Assembly: GCA_017428025.1 (NCBI GenBank)
Contig: JAFRRO010000091.1
Location: 8,152-72,151 of the forward strand
Reading direction: 5' to 3'
DNA from: Clostridia bacterium
GTDB lineage: Bacteria; Bacillota; Clostridia; Christensenellales; CAG-138
DNA: 64,000 bases
Of the stretch, positions 52,969 to 62,628 are shown one piece after another. Each line of letters opens with the position of its first letter. The first letter of the stretch is position 1. The notes below the pieces were generated by a model. It made no database searches. It saw only the letters and a list, made by a program, of their open reading frames with translations, and was not told where the DNA came from. Made by a program: the position numbers and the translations under genes.

Positions 52969-53022
52969 AAGGCCTTCCCCTGGAGGGAAAGGTGGCGCGA
53001 CGAAGGAGCGACGGATGAGGTG
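52969..53022 (+). repeat. REP-like double-hairpin repeat
   Basis: AAGGCCTTCCCC-TGGA-GGGAAAGGTGGCGCGACGAAGGAGCGACGGATGAGGTG; a degenerate opposite arm lies at about 52919-52952. Confidence 0.75.
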
Positions 53023-53053
53023 TTGATACATTGACGTCTGCGGCGGCGCGAGA

Positions 53054-53785
53054 CTACCGGTATAATTTCACCCGGTCGCCGAACACCTTGAGAATCGCCT
53101 CGGTGAGGCGGTTTTTTTCTTCGCCCGAAAGGTCGTAGACCGTGAGCGTCTTCGGCGACATATTGACCAGCAGCTGCAGAATCCCGTCGGGCGCGCAGTC
53201 GACGTATTCGATGCGCACGTCGCCGTCGTCGCAGAGCGTGATCGTGCCGTCGGGATGGATGCAGACCGAAAGCGACAGGACGCGGCTACGACGACTTTCC
53301 GCAAAGCGGCGGAGCGTTTCCATCAGCTCCCCGTATTCCTTCTGCATCAGCACGTTTGCCGCCGCCTGCTCGACCGCGATCTCCCACAGCATCAGAAATT
53401 CCTGCATCCGAAACCGCAGAAACCCCTCGAGACAGACGGTGCGGTGTTCGTTGAGATAGTCCGTCAGCTTTGCGATCAGCACGGCGGGTTCCTCGCGCTT
53501 CTGCGCCGTTTCCAGCGCGCCGGAGAGCACCGCCTGCTTTTCCGAAAGCGAAAGCGGCAGCGCGTCCGTGAACTCCGCGAGCGCGAAATACCGCAGATCG
53601 CGTCCGAGTACGCGCGACAGCGCATGCGCGACCGCGCGCTCGGGCGATTCGCCGCGCACCTTCAGAAGCACGCCGTCCGGAACGGCTTCCAGAGAAAACG
53701 CGTTGTCGAGATCGCGCATCCGGCGATCCAAGAGTTTCGACAACGGCAGATCATATTCAAACGTCAGGACTTGATAGACGACCAT
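53054..53785 (-). CDS. ytxC: YtxC-like putative sporulation protein
   Basis: LEGFLRFRMQEF, KEYGELMETLRRF, LLVNMSPK, ILKVFGDRV. Confidence 0.75.
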   Translation of the reverse strand: MVVYQVLTFEYDLPLSKLLDRRMRDLDNAFSLEAVPDGVLLKVRGESPERAVAHALSRVLGRDLRYFALAEFTDALPLSLSEKQAVLSGALETAQKREEPAVLIAKLTDYLNEHRTVCLEGFLRFRMQEFLMLWEIAVEQAAANVLMQKEYGELMETLRRFAESRRSRVLSLSVCIHPDGTITLCDDGDVRIEYVDCAPDGILQLLVNMSPKTLTVYDLSGEEKNRLTEAILKVFGDRVKLYR

Positions 53786-53901
53786 GCAGCGCTCCTTTTC
53801 TGTATCCTATGCCCGCACGGCGTTAGTTTGTGCCGCATTGCGCGCAGAAAATACGCGCAAAAAAAGCGCCGTCGTTTGACGGCGCATGCGTTGTCTGTCG
53901 G

Positions 53902-54612
53902 TTAATTGTCGTCGAGACGCTCTTTTGCCTCGAACACGCTGGAGATCACCTGAAAATTGCCGAACACGGTCAGCTTGTCGTCGATCCGGAACACAGTCTG
54001 CGCGGTTGCGGGCTCCGGCTTTTCGCCCCTGTGCTCCACGAGCATCACAAGGATGTTGTGCACCGGCTTCAAACCCGTTTCGGACAGAGGCAGATCGCGG
54101 AACGCTTCGGGGACCTGATGCACGATGACCTGCGCGATCACGTCCTCGCCGAGATAATCGAGCAGCAGAACGGTGTTGATGCTGCCGCGCCTCGTCACAC
54201 GCCGCGCCAGCCGTTCGATGATCCGGTCGCCCCATGCGCGCACATTGGGCACGCGCATGAACGTGATGATGATCGCCGCCGCAAAGATCGGGATCAGGAT
54301 ACTGAAATAGTTTTTGAAATCGGTCAGCTTCAGCGACAGGAAGACGTTGATGAACACGGATACGATCGTGATGTTGAACACGTATCCGAACAGCATCGTG
54401 ATGCGCGCCAGCCGTCTTCTGGATTTGCTGGTGAGTAGCAGTTCGCTTTCGTGCGTGGTGAAGCCGCAGCCGGTCAGCAGCGAGATGACCTGAAACCGCG
54501 CTTTTTCGTCCGGCAGTCCCGTGAAGCGGAACAGCATGGCGAACAGCTCGGAGATCACCCAATAGACCAGAATGATGATGGAAAACAGCGTAAGCGCGAG
54601 GTAAATATTCAT
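53902..54612 (-). CDS. Membrane protein with a channel-pore-like segment and TrkA-C (RCK-C) domain
   Basis: TGLPDEKARFQVISLLTGCGFTTHESE; C-terminal NILVMLVEHRG..DDKLTVFG. Confidence 0.75.
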   Translation of the reverse strand: MNIYLALTLFSIIILVYWVISELFAMLFRFTGLPDEKARFQVISLLTGCGFTTHESELLLTSKSRRRLARITMLFGYVFNITIVSVFINVFLSLKLTDFKNYFSILIPIFAAAIIITFMRVPNVRAWGDRIIERLARRVTRRGSINTVLLLDYLGEDVIAQVIVHQVPEAFRDLPLSETGLKPVHNILVMLVEHRGEKPEPATAQTVFRIDDKLTVFGNFQVISSVFEAKERLDDN

Positions 54613-54657
54613 AACATACCGCCTTTCTGTCGCCGTCGCGGAAGCGTTCCGCAAAAA

Positions 54658-55401
54658 TCAGTCGGCTTTTTGTTCGTCTTTCTGCGCATCCGGCGCTTTT
54701 TCGGGTTCCTCTTCGGCGTCATCGCTTTGCAGCAGCTTAAGACCTGCGGTGTCGCTTACGGGAAGCGAGAAGGCGATCGCCTTTGCGCCCGTTTCAAGCC
54801 CCGCTTTTTTCATGACGTTCTGCATGATCGCATTTTTTTGTTTCGTTGCGGTCACGATCAGGATCAGCTCCTTTTCCGAGGACAGCGAGATTCCGAAAAA
54901 CTGCTCCGCGCGCTTCATGCCTGTGCCGTTCGCATGGATCACCGTGCCGCCGCCGGCGCCCGCTTCGCGCGCCGCGTCCATGATCTGTTCGCTGTATCCG
55001 CGATCGCCGATAATCATCAGCAGCTCCTGTTTTGTATGCTTCAATTCGCTTTCCTCCCCGTCATGCGCATAGTCCAGTCCGTCCGTGAAAAACGCAAGCT
55101 CGCGTCTGCCGCCGATGCTCGACATCGGCACGAGAAACGCGATGCCCGTGCCGGGAACGTCGATGCGAATCCTGCGTTCCAGCCCTTTTTTGACCGATTT
55201 CCAGACCGAATCGTTGATCACGGTCAGACACACCGCTTTTTCGGCGTTTTCAAGACCGAAGATGTTCAGGACCTGGCTCGTCGCCGTGCCGTGCGCGAGC
55301 ATGATCAGGTTTCGGTCCAGTCCTTCCTGCCGGTACAGCGATAAAAATTCCGGAAGCTGCGCACGGTTCATGATCGTGCACATCAGATACAATTTGCTCA
55401 T
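54658..55401 (-). CDS. Tandem two-domain P-II family regulator
   Basis: AHGTA..PGTGIAFLVP, then MDAAREAGAGGGTVIHANGTG..EKELILIV..AIAFSLPV. Confidence 0.82.
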   Translation of the reverse strand: MSKLYLMCTIMNRAQLPEFLSLYRQEGLDRNLIMLAHGTATSQVLNIFGLENAEKAVCLTVINDSVWKSVKKGLERRIRIDVPGTGIAFLVPMSSIGGRRELAFFTDGLDYAHDGEESELKHTKQELLMIIGDRGYSEQIMDAAREAGAGGGTVIHANGTGMKRAEQFFGISLSSEKELILIVTATKQKNAIMQNVMKKAGLETGAKAIAFSLPVSDTAGLKLLQSDDAEEEPEKAPDAQKDEQKAD

Positions 55402-55412
55402 GCGCGCACCTC

Positions 55413-56942
55413 CTACAGCTCGATGATCGCGTAGTTCTCATCCGGCGTCTCCGCAGCAGGCGCTTTGACGCGCTGCTTCGAGCGAAGCACGGAAACGAGA
55501 CCGAGGATCTGGATCGTGATGAGCGGCGTCATCGCAACCATTGCGACCACGCCGAATGCGTCGGTCACCACATTGCCGCCGACCGTCACGCAGGAACCCA
55601 TCGCGAACGGCAGCAGAAACGTCGCCGTCATCGGACCGGATACGACGCCGCCGGAGTCGAACGCGATCGCCGTAAACAGCTTCGGAACGAAGATCGACAG
55701 CACCAGCGCGATGCCGTAGCCCGGCAGCAGCATCCAGACGATCGGGATCCCGGTCAGCACGCGCAGCATCGCAAGTCCGACGGACAGCGAAACGCCGACG
55801 GAGAGCGAGGTCTTCAGCGCCTTGCCGGAGATCGCGCCGCCGGTCAGTTCCTCGACCTGTTTCATCAGAACGTACACGGCGGGCTCCGCCGCGACAATGA
55901 AGTAACCGATGATCATGCCGATCGGGATGATGATCCATCGGTACGGCAGCGCGGCAAGCGTCTGTCCGAGATATGCGCCCGCGGGCATGAACCCGACGTT
56001 GCTGCCGGTCAGAAACAGCACGAGCCCGATATAGGCATAGATCAGTCCGACCAGGATGCGCTTTGCGGAATGCGTGTTTTTCTGCTTGCGGCTGACGAGC
56101 AGGTGGATGAGCCGGAAGACAAAGTAGAACGTCACGATCGGCAGGATCGAGATCGCGATCTCCTTAAAATACGAAGGAAACGCCTCGGTAAACAGCGCGG
56201 CAAGCGTGATCGAGCTGTCGATCACGGGGATCGCCGTCGTCGTGTACAGCGCATCCTCCGGACGGAAGATCAGCGACAGGATCAGCACGATCAGGATCGG
56301 TCCGATCGAGCATAGCGCGATGAGACCGAAGCTGTCCTCCGCCGCCTTTTTGTCGCTTCGGATCGAGCCGATACCGATGCCGAACGCCATGATGAACGGG
56401 ACCGTCATCGGTCCGGTCGTGACGCCGCCGGCGTCGAACGCGACCGCAAGAAAATCCTTCGGCGCAAAGATCATCAGCAAAAACGTGATGCTGTAGCAAA
56501 TGAGCAGCAGCGTGTGCAGCGAGATGCCGAACAGCATACGGATCAGCGCGAGCACCAGAAAGAGCCCGACGCCGCCCGCAACGCAGAAGATCAGCACGCG
56601 CGACGGGATCGAAAGCACCTGATCCGCCAGCACCTGCAGGTCCGGCTCGGAGATCGTGATCAGAAAGCCGAGCAGAAATCCGACGGGCAGCAGCAGCCAG
56701 ATCTTGCGCGTTTTCGTCAGTCCCGCGCCGAGCTGTTCGCCCATCGGCTCCATCGCAAGCTCCGCGCCGAGCGTGAAGAACATTACGCCGAGGATCAGCA
56801 GCAGCGCGCCGAACAGATATGCGAGCAGGATGCTGGTCGGCAGCGGCGCGACCGTAAAGGACAGCAGCAAAACGATGCAGACGATTGGCAGGATCGCCTT
56901 CAGCGCTTCATTCAGTTTTTCGTGCAGCCGCTTTCGGTACAT
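55413..56942 (-). CDS. DUF1538 domain membrane protein (internally duplicated)
   Basis: Two copies of the motifs: SEPDL/AEPAV and AFDAGGVTTGPMT/AFDSGGVVSGPMT. Confidence 0.88.
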   Translation of the reverse strand: MYRKRLHEKLNEALKAILPIVCIVLLLSFTVAPLPTSILLAYLFGALLLILGVMFFTLGAELAMEPMGEQLGAGLTKTRKIWLLLPVGFLLGFLITISEPDLQVLADQVLSIPSRVLIFCVAGGVGLFLVLALIRMLFGISLHTLLLICYSITFLLMIFAPKDFLAVAFDAGGVTTGPMTVPFIMAFGIGIGSIRSDKKAAEDSFGLIALCSIGPILIVLILSLIFRPEDALYTTTAIPVIDSSITLAALFTEAFPSYFKEIAISILPIVTFYFVFRLIHLLVSRKQKNTHSAKRILVGLIYAYIGLVLFLTGSNVGFMPAGAYLGQTLAALPYRWIIIPIGMIIGYFIVAAEPAVYVLMKQVEELTGGAISGKALKTSLSVGVSLSVGLAMLRVLTGIPIVWMLLPGYGIALVLSIFVPKLFTAIAFDSGGVVSGPMTATFLLPFAMGSCVTVGGNVVTDAFGVVAMVAMTPLITIQILGLVSVLRSKQRVKAPAAETPDENYAIIEL

Positions 56943-57017
56943 CGCGTTCTCCGTTTCTCAAAGGATCGAAAAAACCGGACCGCTCCCAATGAAACCGCGA
57001 ACAGCCCGGATGCTGTT

Positions 57018-58136
57018 TTATTTCTCGAACGAGAAGTGATAGTCGAGGTGCTTCTCGTCGCGCACGGCGATCATTTCCTTCTGCACCGCCTCGTTGACCG
57101 GAACGCCCTTATCCTTGCGGTCCTGCCACACGAGCCATTCCTTTTCGCCCGCGGTGTAGATGCGCTCCTCGCCGGGCGCCTTCTCGGAATTGCGCAGCTT
57201 GCGCAGGATGTCGCCCGCGATCTTCTTGAACGTGTCGAGCCCCATGAACGCTTCGGGATCGATTGCGATGAAGAAGTGACCGAGGTGATACGGACGCTTG
57301 TTGCCTTCTTCGTCCATGCCGGTCAGCATCTTCATATAGCTGCCCGCCTGCAGCGCCGCGGAGAGGATCTCCACGACCGTCGCATAGCCGTAGCCCTTGT
57401 AGCCCGCAAGCTCGTCGCCGATGCCGCCGAGCGGAGCAAGCGCCGCCGCGCCCTTGGTGAGGTCGACAAGGATCTGCTTACTGTCGGTCAGCGCGCTGCC
57501 GTCTCTGCCGATGACCATGCCCGCAGGCGTCGGCTTGTCGTTTCTCGCGTAGTATTCGATCTTGCCGCGCTGCGTGATCGAGGTTGCGCAGTCGATGCAG
57601 AACGGGAATTCCTCGTCGGTCGGCAGCGCGATCGTCAGCGGATTCGTGCCGAGCATGTTCTCGACGCCGAAGGTCGGCGCGATCGACGGACGCGCGTTCG
57701 TGCCCGTGATGCCGATGAGTCCCTGCTTGGTCGCCATCGTGGTCCAGTAGCCCGCAATGCCGTAGTGCGACGAATTGCGCACCGCCACCATGCCCATGCC
57801 GAAGTTCTTCGCCTTGTCGATCGCGGTCTGCATCGCGCGCTTACTGATGACCATGCCCATGCCGTCGTGACCGTCGACCACCATGGTCGTCGGCGTTTCG
57901 CGCAGCACTTCATATTCGGTCACCGGATTCAGGATGCCCGCCTTGATCCGGTCGAGGTAGATCGGCTTAAAGCGGTTGACGCCGTGGCTCTCGATGCCGC
58001 GGCGGTCGCTTTCCATCAGCACGTCCGCGCAGATCTCCGCATCCTCGCGCGGTACGCCGTAGGCGACGAACGCGTCGACGATGAAGTTCCCGATCGTTTC
58101 CCAGTCCACATAAGGTCTTGTTTCTTTGATTTCCAT
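57018..58136 (-). CDS. Ldh_2 family (type-2 malate/L-lactate dehydrogenase-like) oxidoreductase
   Basis: DRRGIESHG, VDGHDGMG, NSSHYGIAGY, GTNPL, GYKGYG, GHFFIAID. Confidence 0.88.
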   Translation of the reverse strand: MEIKETRPYVDWETIGNFIVDAFVAYGVPREDAEICADVLMESDRRGIESHGVNRFKPIYLDRIKAGILNPVTEYEVLRETPTTMVVDGHDGMGMVISKRAMQTAIDKAKNFGMGMVAVRNSSHYGIAGYWTTMATKQGLIGITGTNARPSIAPTFGVENMLGTNPLTIALPTDEEFPFCIDCATSITQRGKIEYYARNDKPTPAGMVIGRDGSALTDSKQILVDLTKGAAALAPLGGIGDELAGYKGYGYATVVEILSAALQAGSYMKMLTGMDEEGNKRPYHLGHFFIAIDPEAFMGLDTFKKIAGDILRKLRNSEKAPGEERIYTAGEKEWLVWQDRKDKGVPVNEAVQKEMIAVRDEKHLDYHFSFEK

Positions 58137-58156
58137 ATTGTTATTCTCCCTTCGGA

Positions 58157-59653
58157 TCAATCTTCCCAGTTCTTTGCCTTTTCGACGGCCTTCGTCCAGC
58201 CGCGCTGACGGCGGCCGCGCTCCACCTCGCTCATCTGCGGGCGGAAAATCTTCTCGCTCTCCCAGTAGTGCATGACCTCGGCTTCGTCCCTGTAGAGACC
58301 GGCGCCGATCGCCGCCAGATACGCCGCGCCGAGCGCCGTGGATTCGACGCAGCGCGGACGGTTCACCGGCACGTCGAGCATATCCGCCTGGAACTGCATC
58401 ATCACGTCGGACACGGACGCGCCGCCGTCGACCTTGAGCTCGCCGAGCTTTCTGCCGCTGTCGAATTCCATCGTGCGGGCAAGATCGCCGACCTGATAGA
58501 CGATGCCTTCGAGCACCGCGCGCGCAATGTGGGCGCGGTTCGTGGCGCGGGTGACGCCGACCAGCGCGCCGCGCGCGTACATATCCCAATGCGGTGCGCC
58601 GAGGCCCGTAAACGCCGAAACGAAGTACGCGCCGCCCGCGTCGGGCACGGATTCGGCAAGCACGTCGATCTCATGCGCCGAGGAGATCAGTCCGACCTCG
58701 TCCCGGAGCCACTTGATCGAGCTGCCCGCGTTGAAGATGCTGCCCTCGAGCGCATAGCGGACCTTGCCGTTGACGCCCCAGGCGATCGTCGTCAAAAGCC
58801 GGTTCTTGCTCGCCACCGGCGTTTCGCCGGTCTGCATCATCAGAAAGCCGCCGGTGCCGTAGGTGCATTTCGCCTGTCCCGGTTCAAAGCACGCCTGTCC
58901 GAACAGCGCCGCCTGCTGATCGCCCGCGTCCCCGGAGATCGGCACGCCCGCAAGCGCTTCGAGCCCCTCGATGCCGTCTTTCACATAGCCGTAGACCGCG
59001 GCGGAAGGCTTCACCTCGGGCAGGATGCAGGCGGGGATGTTGAGCCGGTGCATGATGACCGGATCGTAACTGAGCGTATGGATGTTGTAGAGCATCGTGC
59101 GCGACGCGTTGCTGTAGTCGGTCACGTGCGCGCCGCAGAGGTTCCAGATGAGCCATGTATCGACGGTGCCGAACAAAAGATCGCCGTGCTCGGCAAGCAT
59201 CTGTCCGTTCGGAACGGCATCGAGGATGTAGCGGAGCTTCGTCGCGGAGAAATACGCGTCGATCAAAAGACCGGTCGACTTCTGGATATAGTCCTTCATG
59301 CCTTCGCGGATCAGCTGTTCGCACAGCGGCGCGGTGCGGCGGCACTGCCAGACGATGGCGGGATGCACGGGCTTGCCCGTCGCCTTCTCCCAGACGATCG
59401 TCGTTTCGCGCTGATTCGTGACGCCGATGCAGGCGACTTCGCCCCGCTTGACGTCCGCTTTCTGCAGGACGGTGCGCACGGCGTCCAGCTCGGTCGAAAG
59501 GATCTCGTTCGCGTCATGCTCGACATAGCCGGGCATCGGGTAGTGCTGCGCAAACTCGTATTGCGCGGAGGTGATGATCTCGCCCTTGAGATCGAAGAGG
59601 ATCGCGCGCGAGCTCGTCGTGCCCTGATCCAGCGACAAAAGGTATTTCTGCAT
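58157..59653 (-). CDS. glpK: Glycerol kinase
   Basis: LDQGTTSSRA, TNQRETT, WQCRRT, TDYSNASRT, GDQQAALFG, KVDGGA. Confidence 0.95.
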   Translation of the reverse strand: MQKYLLSLDQGTTSSRAILFDLKGEIITSAQYEFAQHYPMPGYVEHDANEILSTELDAVRTVLQKADVKRGEVACIGVTNQRETTIVWEKATGKPVHPAIVWQCRRTAPLCEQLIREGMKDYIQKSTGLLIDAYFSATKLRYILDAVPNGQMLAEHGDLLFGTVDTWLIWNLCGAHVTDYSNASRTMLYNIHTLSYDPVIMHRLNIPACILPEVKPSAAVYGYVKDGIEGLEALAGVPISGDAGDQQAALFGQACFEPGQAKCTYGTGGFLMMQTGETPVASKNRLLTTIAWGVNGKVRYALEGSIFNAGSSIKWLRDEVGLISSAHEIDVLAESVPDAGGAYFVSAFTGLGAPHWDMYARGALVGVTRATNRAHIARAVLEGIVYQVGDLARTMEFDSGRKLGELKVDGGASVSDVMMQFQADMLDVPVNRPRCVESTALGAAYLAAIGAGLYRDEAEVMHYWESEKIFRPQMSEVERGRRQRGWTKAVEKAKNWED

Positions 59654-59734
59654 GGTCGTTACCGCCTTTCCAAAATAACAGTATAGCATAGATTTCCTCT
59701 TGTGAAAATGTTTTTTTGCTGTTATACTGCAAAT

Positions 59735-60319
59735 ATGGAACAGATGGAAGAAGAACTGTCGTTCGACGGCGATTTTCAGAAGGAAAAGATCGGACCGCAG
59801 AAGCGGTTCTGGATCCTGGTGCTCGCGCTCGCGCTGCTGACTGCGGGCATCCTTGTGCTTGTCTGGCTTGTGCCGAAGCAGCGGACGCAGCCGGTGTTTT
59901 CGGAGATCATGACCTCGAACCACGCCGCGTTCGAGCATCCGGCGTACGGCACGGTCGACTGGGTGGAGATCTACAATCCGAACGACGAGGACATCGATCT
60001 GTCCGGCTACGGCTTCACCGACGAGATCAAGCGCACGTTCCGCTATCGCTTTCCGGAGGGTACGATTCTGAAAAGCGGCGAATACCTGCTGCTGTACTGC
60101 ACCGGCGGCACGGAGGCGAGCGACGCCGATCCGTACTGTACCGGCTTCAATTTGTCCGCCAACGGCGAGGATCTGTATCTCGTGAACCCGCATAACGTCG
60201 AGGTGGACGAAGCGCACGTGCCCGCGCTGGAGCCCGACACCAGCTGGGCGAGGGCGGAGGACGGAACGTTTCTCATCAGCACGGTCCCGACGCCCGGCGA
60301 AGCAAACCGGTTCGAATAA
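59735..60319 (+). CDS. Lamin-tail-domain (LTD) membrane-anchored protein
   Basis: TM helix, then FSEIMTSN, DWVEIYNP..DIDLSGY, FNLSANGE and PTPGEAN. Confidence 0.82.
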   Translation: MEQMEEELSFDGDFQKEKIGPQKRFWILVLALALLTAGILVLVWLVPKQRTQPVFSEIMTSNHAAFEHPAYGTVDWVEIYNPNDEDIDLSGYGFTDEIKRTFRYRFPEGTILKSGEYLLLYCTGGTEASDADPYCTGFNLSANGEDLYLVNPHNVEVDEAHVPALEPDTSWARAEDGTFLISTVPTPGEANRFE

Positions 60320-60431
60320 GCCTGTGCCCGGATTCCCGGGCTTTTCTTTTTTTCGTTGCATTTTCGCGCAGTTCTTGCTATACTGATAATGGTATATAAT
60401 CGGCAGTTATGCCGAGAGAAGGAGGGGCAAT

Positions 60432-61223
60432 ATGAAACGAACCATATGGAGAAGCATATCTGTACTGACGCTCTGCGCGCTGCTCGTGCTGACCGGCTGT
60501 ACCGGCTTCCTGAAGCCTGCCGAAAACAACGATAACGAGCAGATTCTCGCGGAGCTGAACGCGATGAAGCAGCAGCTGGAAGCGACGAAGAGCGAGATCG
60601 AAACCATCAAGAACAGCGAGAAACAGGACAACACGGCGACGTCGGTCACGCCGACCGTCACGCCGGAGCCCGTGACCGTCGAGGTGGAGGTGCCGGTGGA
60701 TTCCGTGTTCGGCATCGACTGCACGGTCAACGGCGGCGACAGCGTCAAGCTGGACGGTCAGACGCAGGTGCACGCCGTTGCGAACAGGAAGGACGGCTAT
60801 GAATTCGATCATTGGGAGTTCGGCACCGAAACGGATTACGAATCCGGTCCGGACGCGATGTTCTTCTTCTCCGAAGCGACCGTTCTCGTTGCGGTCTATC
60901 ATGTGCATAAGGTCGTGACCTTCAAGAACTGCCACATGAACTTCATGAACAGCAACGGCAAAGCGGGCGGCAAGGACCTGACCGAGTTCGACTTTGAAGA
61001 GGATTATGTCAATCCGGAGACCAAGGAGAACTGCAAGGGCGGCGAGATCGACTTCTTCGTTACCGCGGACGTACCGCAGGGCAGGGAAGTGGATTACTGG
61101 CTGATCAACGGCGTCAAGTATCAGGCGCCGAACAACGCCAGCAAGTTCCGTGTCAGAGGACAGACGCAGGCAACGGTCTATGAGGTCGTGCTGAGGAAAA
61201 AGGGAAGAACGCCGCTCGGCTGA
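60432..61223 (+). CDS. Lipoprotein with coiled coil and divergent InlB-B-like repeats (paralog 1)
   Basis: Lipobox LTGC; GYEFDHW and EVDYWLING repeats; SD GGAGG. Confidence 0.7.
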   Translation: MKRTIWRSISVLTLCALLVLTGCTGFLKPAENNDNEQILAELNAMKQQLEATKSEIETIKNSEKQDNTATSVTPTVTPEPVTVEVEVPVDSVFGIDCTVNGGDSVKLDGQTQVHAVANRKDGYEFDHWEFGTETDYESGPDAMFFFSEATVLVAVYHVHKVVTFKNCHMNFMNSNGKAGGKDLTEFDFEEDYVNPETKENCKGGEIDFFVTADVPQGREVDYWLINGVKYQAPNNASKFRVRGQTQATVYEVVLRKKGRTPLG

Positions 61224-61248
61224 CGGGACGAAGAAAGGAGAATGCATT

Positions 61249-62328
61249 ATGAAACGGTTCGGTTTTAGATACATATGGATTCCGGTGCTCTGCATGCTGC
61301 TTTTGCTGACCGGCTGCAGCCTGCTGCCGCATAAACCGGCGGAGAACGACGACGCCGAGCAGATCCTGGCGGAGCTCAACGCGATGAAGGAACAGCTCAA
61401 CGCTGCGAACAACGAGCTCGAAGCCCTGAAGGAGGCGGAAAAGCAGAACAACACCGCAACGGTGTCGGTCGACACGTCGACGCCGGAACCCGTCGTCACC
61501 GAGGTGCAGATTCCGGTCGAATCGATCGTCGGCAAAAACTGCACGCTGAACGGCAGGGACAGCGTGCGCATCGAAGGGGAGACGGAGGTCCATGCCGTTG
61601 CGAACGAGATCGAAGGCTATGTGTTCGATCACTGGGTGGTTGACGGCGAAGAGGATTACGAGTCCGGTCCGGATGCGTACTTCACCTTCTCCTATCCGGT
61701 CGCGGTCTGCGCGGTTTACCATGAGCGCCGCATCGTGACCTTCAAGAACTGCCACATGACGCTGCTCGACAAGAAGGGCAATTCGGTCGGCAAGTCCTAC
61801 ACCGAGTTCGACTTCGAAGAGGATTACACGAATCCGGAGACCAAGCAAAAGATCAAAGGCGGCACGATCGAGTTTTACGTGTTCGCGGACGTGCCGAAGG
61901 GCATGGAGGTGGATTACTGGCTGATCAACAACGTCGTCTACGAGATGCCGTATAACAACATCGTGAAGTTCCGCGTAGAGGATCAGACCGAGGCGACGCT
62001 CTACGAGGTCGTGTTCCGCAAGGAAACCACCAAGAAGCAATGCACCGTCTTGACGGAGAACTGCTGGTTTACCGGCGGAAGCTACACCAGCGGCACCACG
62101 TACGGCACCGTTCCGGAGGGCACGAAGATCACCGTCACCGGCAAAGTCTCCATGCGCAGCGCGGCAGCCGGATACTTCGAAGGCAATCCGTCCGGCGCGG
62201 GCAAAGGCTCGCCGAGCAGCCCGCTGAATTATTCGTGGCATGACGATACCTACTACTACTTCTCTTACAGCTACACCGTCAAGAGCGACACGATGATCAC
62301 CTTCCACCCGATCTTCGGTGCCGGTTAA
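61249..62328 (+). CDS. Lipoprotein paralog 2 with an extra C-terminal domain
   Basis: Lipobox LTGC; shares EQILAELNAMK, EDYESGPDA, VTFKNCHM and TEFDFEEDY with paralog 1. Confidence 0.7.
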   Translation: MKRFGFRYIWIPVLCMLLLLTGCSLLPHKPAENDDAEQILAELNAMKEQLNAANNELEALKEAEKQNNTATVSVDTSTPEPVVTEVQIPVESIVGKNCTLNGRDSVRIEGETEVHAVANEIEGYVFDHWVVDGEEDYESGPDAYFTFSYPVAVCAVYHERRIVTFKNCHMTLLDKKGNSVGKSYTEFDFEEDYTNPETKQKIKGGTIEFYVFADVPKGMEVDYWLINNVVYEMPYNNIVKFRVEDQTEATLYEVVFRKETTKKQCTVLTENCWFTGGSYTSGTTYGTVPEGTKITVTGKVSMRSAAAGYFEGNPSGAGKGSPSSPLNYSWHDDTYYYFSYSYTVKSDTMITFHPIFGAG

Positions 62329-62366
62329 GAAACCAAAAACAAAAACGCTCCCGCCCGGGAGCGTTT

Positions 62367-62589
62367 CAGACCGTCGAAAAAGGTGCCAGACCGTTTGCGG
62401 CGGGGATGGAAAAGAAACACTTGTTGGAGGAAAGGGCTCGAAAGCCCTTTCTTTATTTGATATTTCGCCGCAAACGATCCGCGTTTCCACTCGGTCGCAT
62501 ACGTTAGTATGGCTCCGTCGTGAAAACGCGAATTCTGCCTACCTTTACGGCAGTCTGATCAGCGTGTCAAAAGGTTTTTTGACACGCTG
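62367..62589. mobile_element. MITE-like non-autonomous insertion with a 24-bp target duplication
   Basis: Flanked by identical AAACGCTCCCGCCCGGGAGCGTTT (62343-62366 and 62590-62613). Imperfect TIRs CAGACCGTCGAAAAA and TTTTTTGACACGCTG. Confidence 0.75.
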
Positions 62590-62628
62590 AAACGCTCCCG
62601 CCCGGGAGCGTTTTTTTGCGGTCCGAAA

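Noticed and set aside
59724-59743. Additional copy of the 20-bp motif (ATACTGCA-AATA-TGGAACAG)
   Set aside because: Three mismatches, explained by the overlapping -10 box and start codon, and far from the cluster. Not counted.
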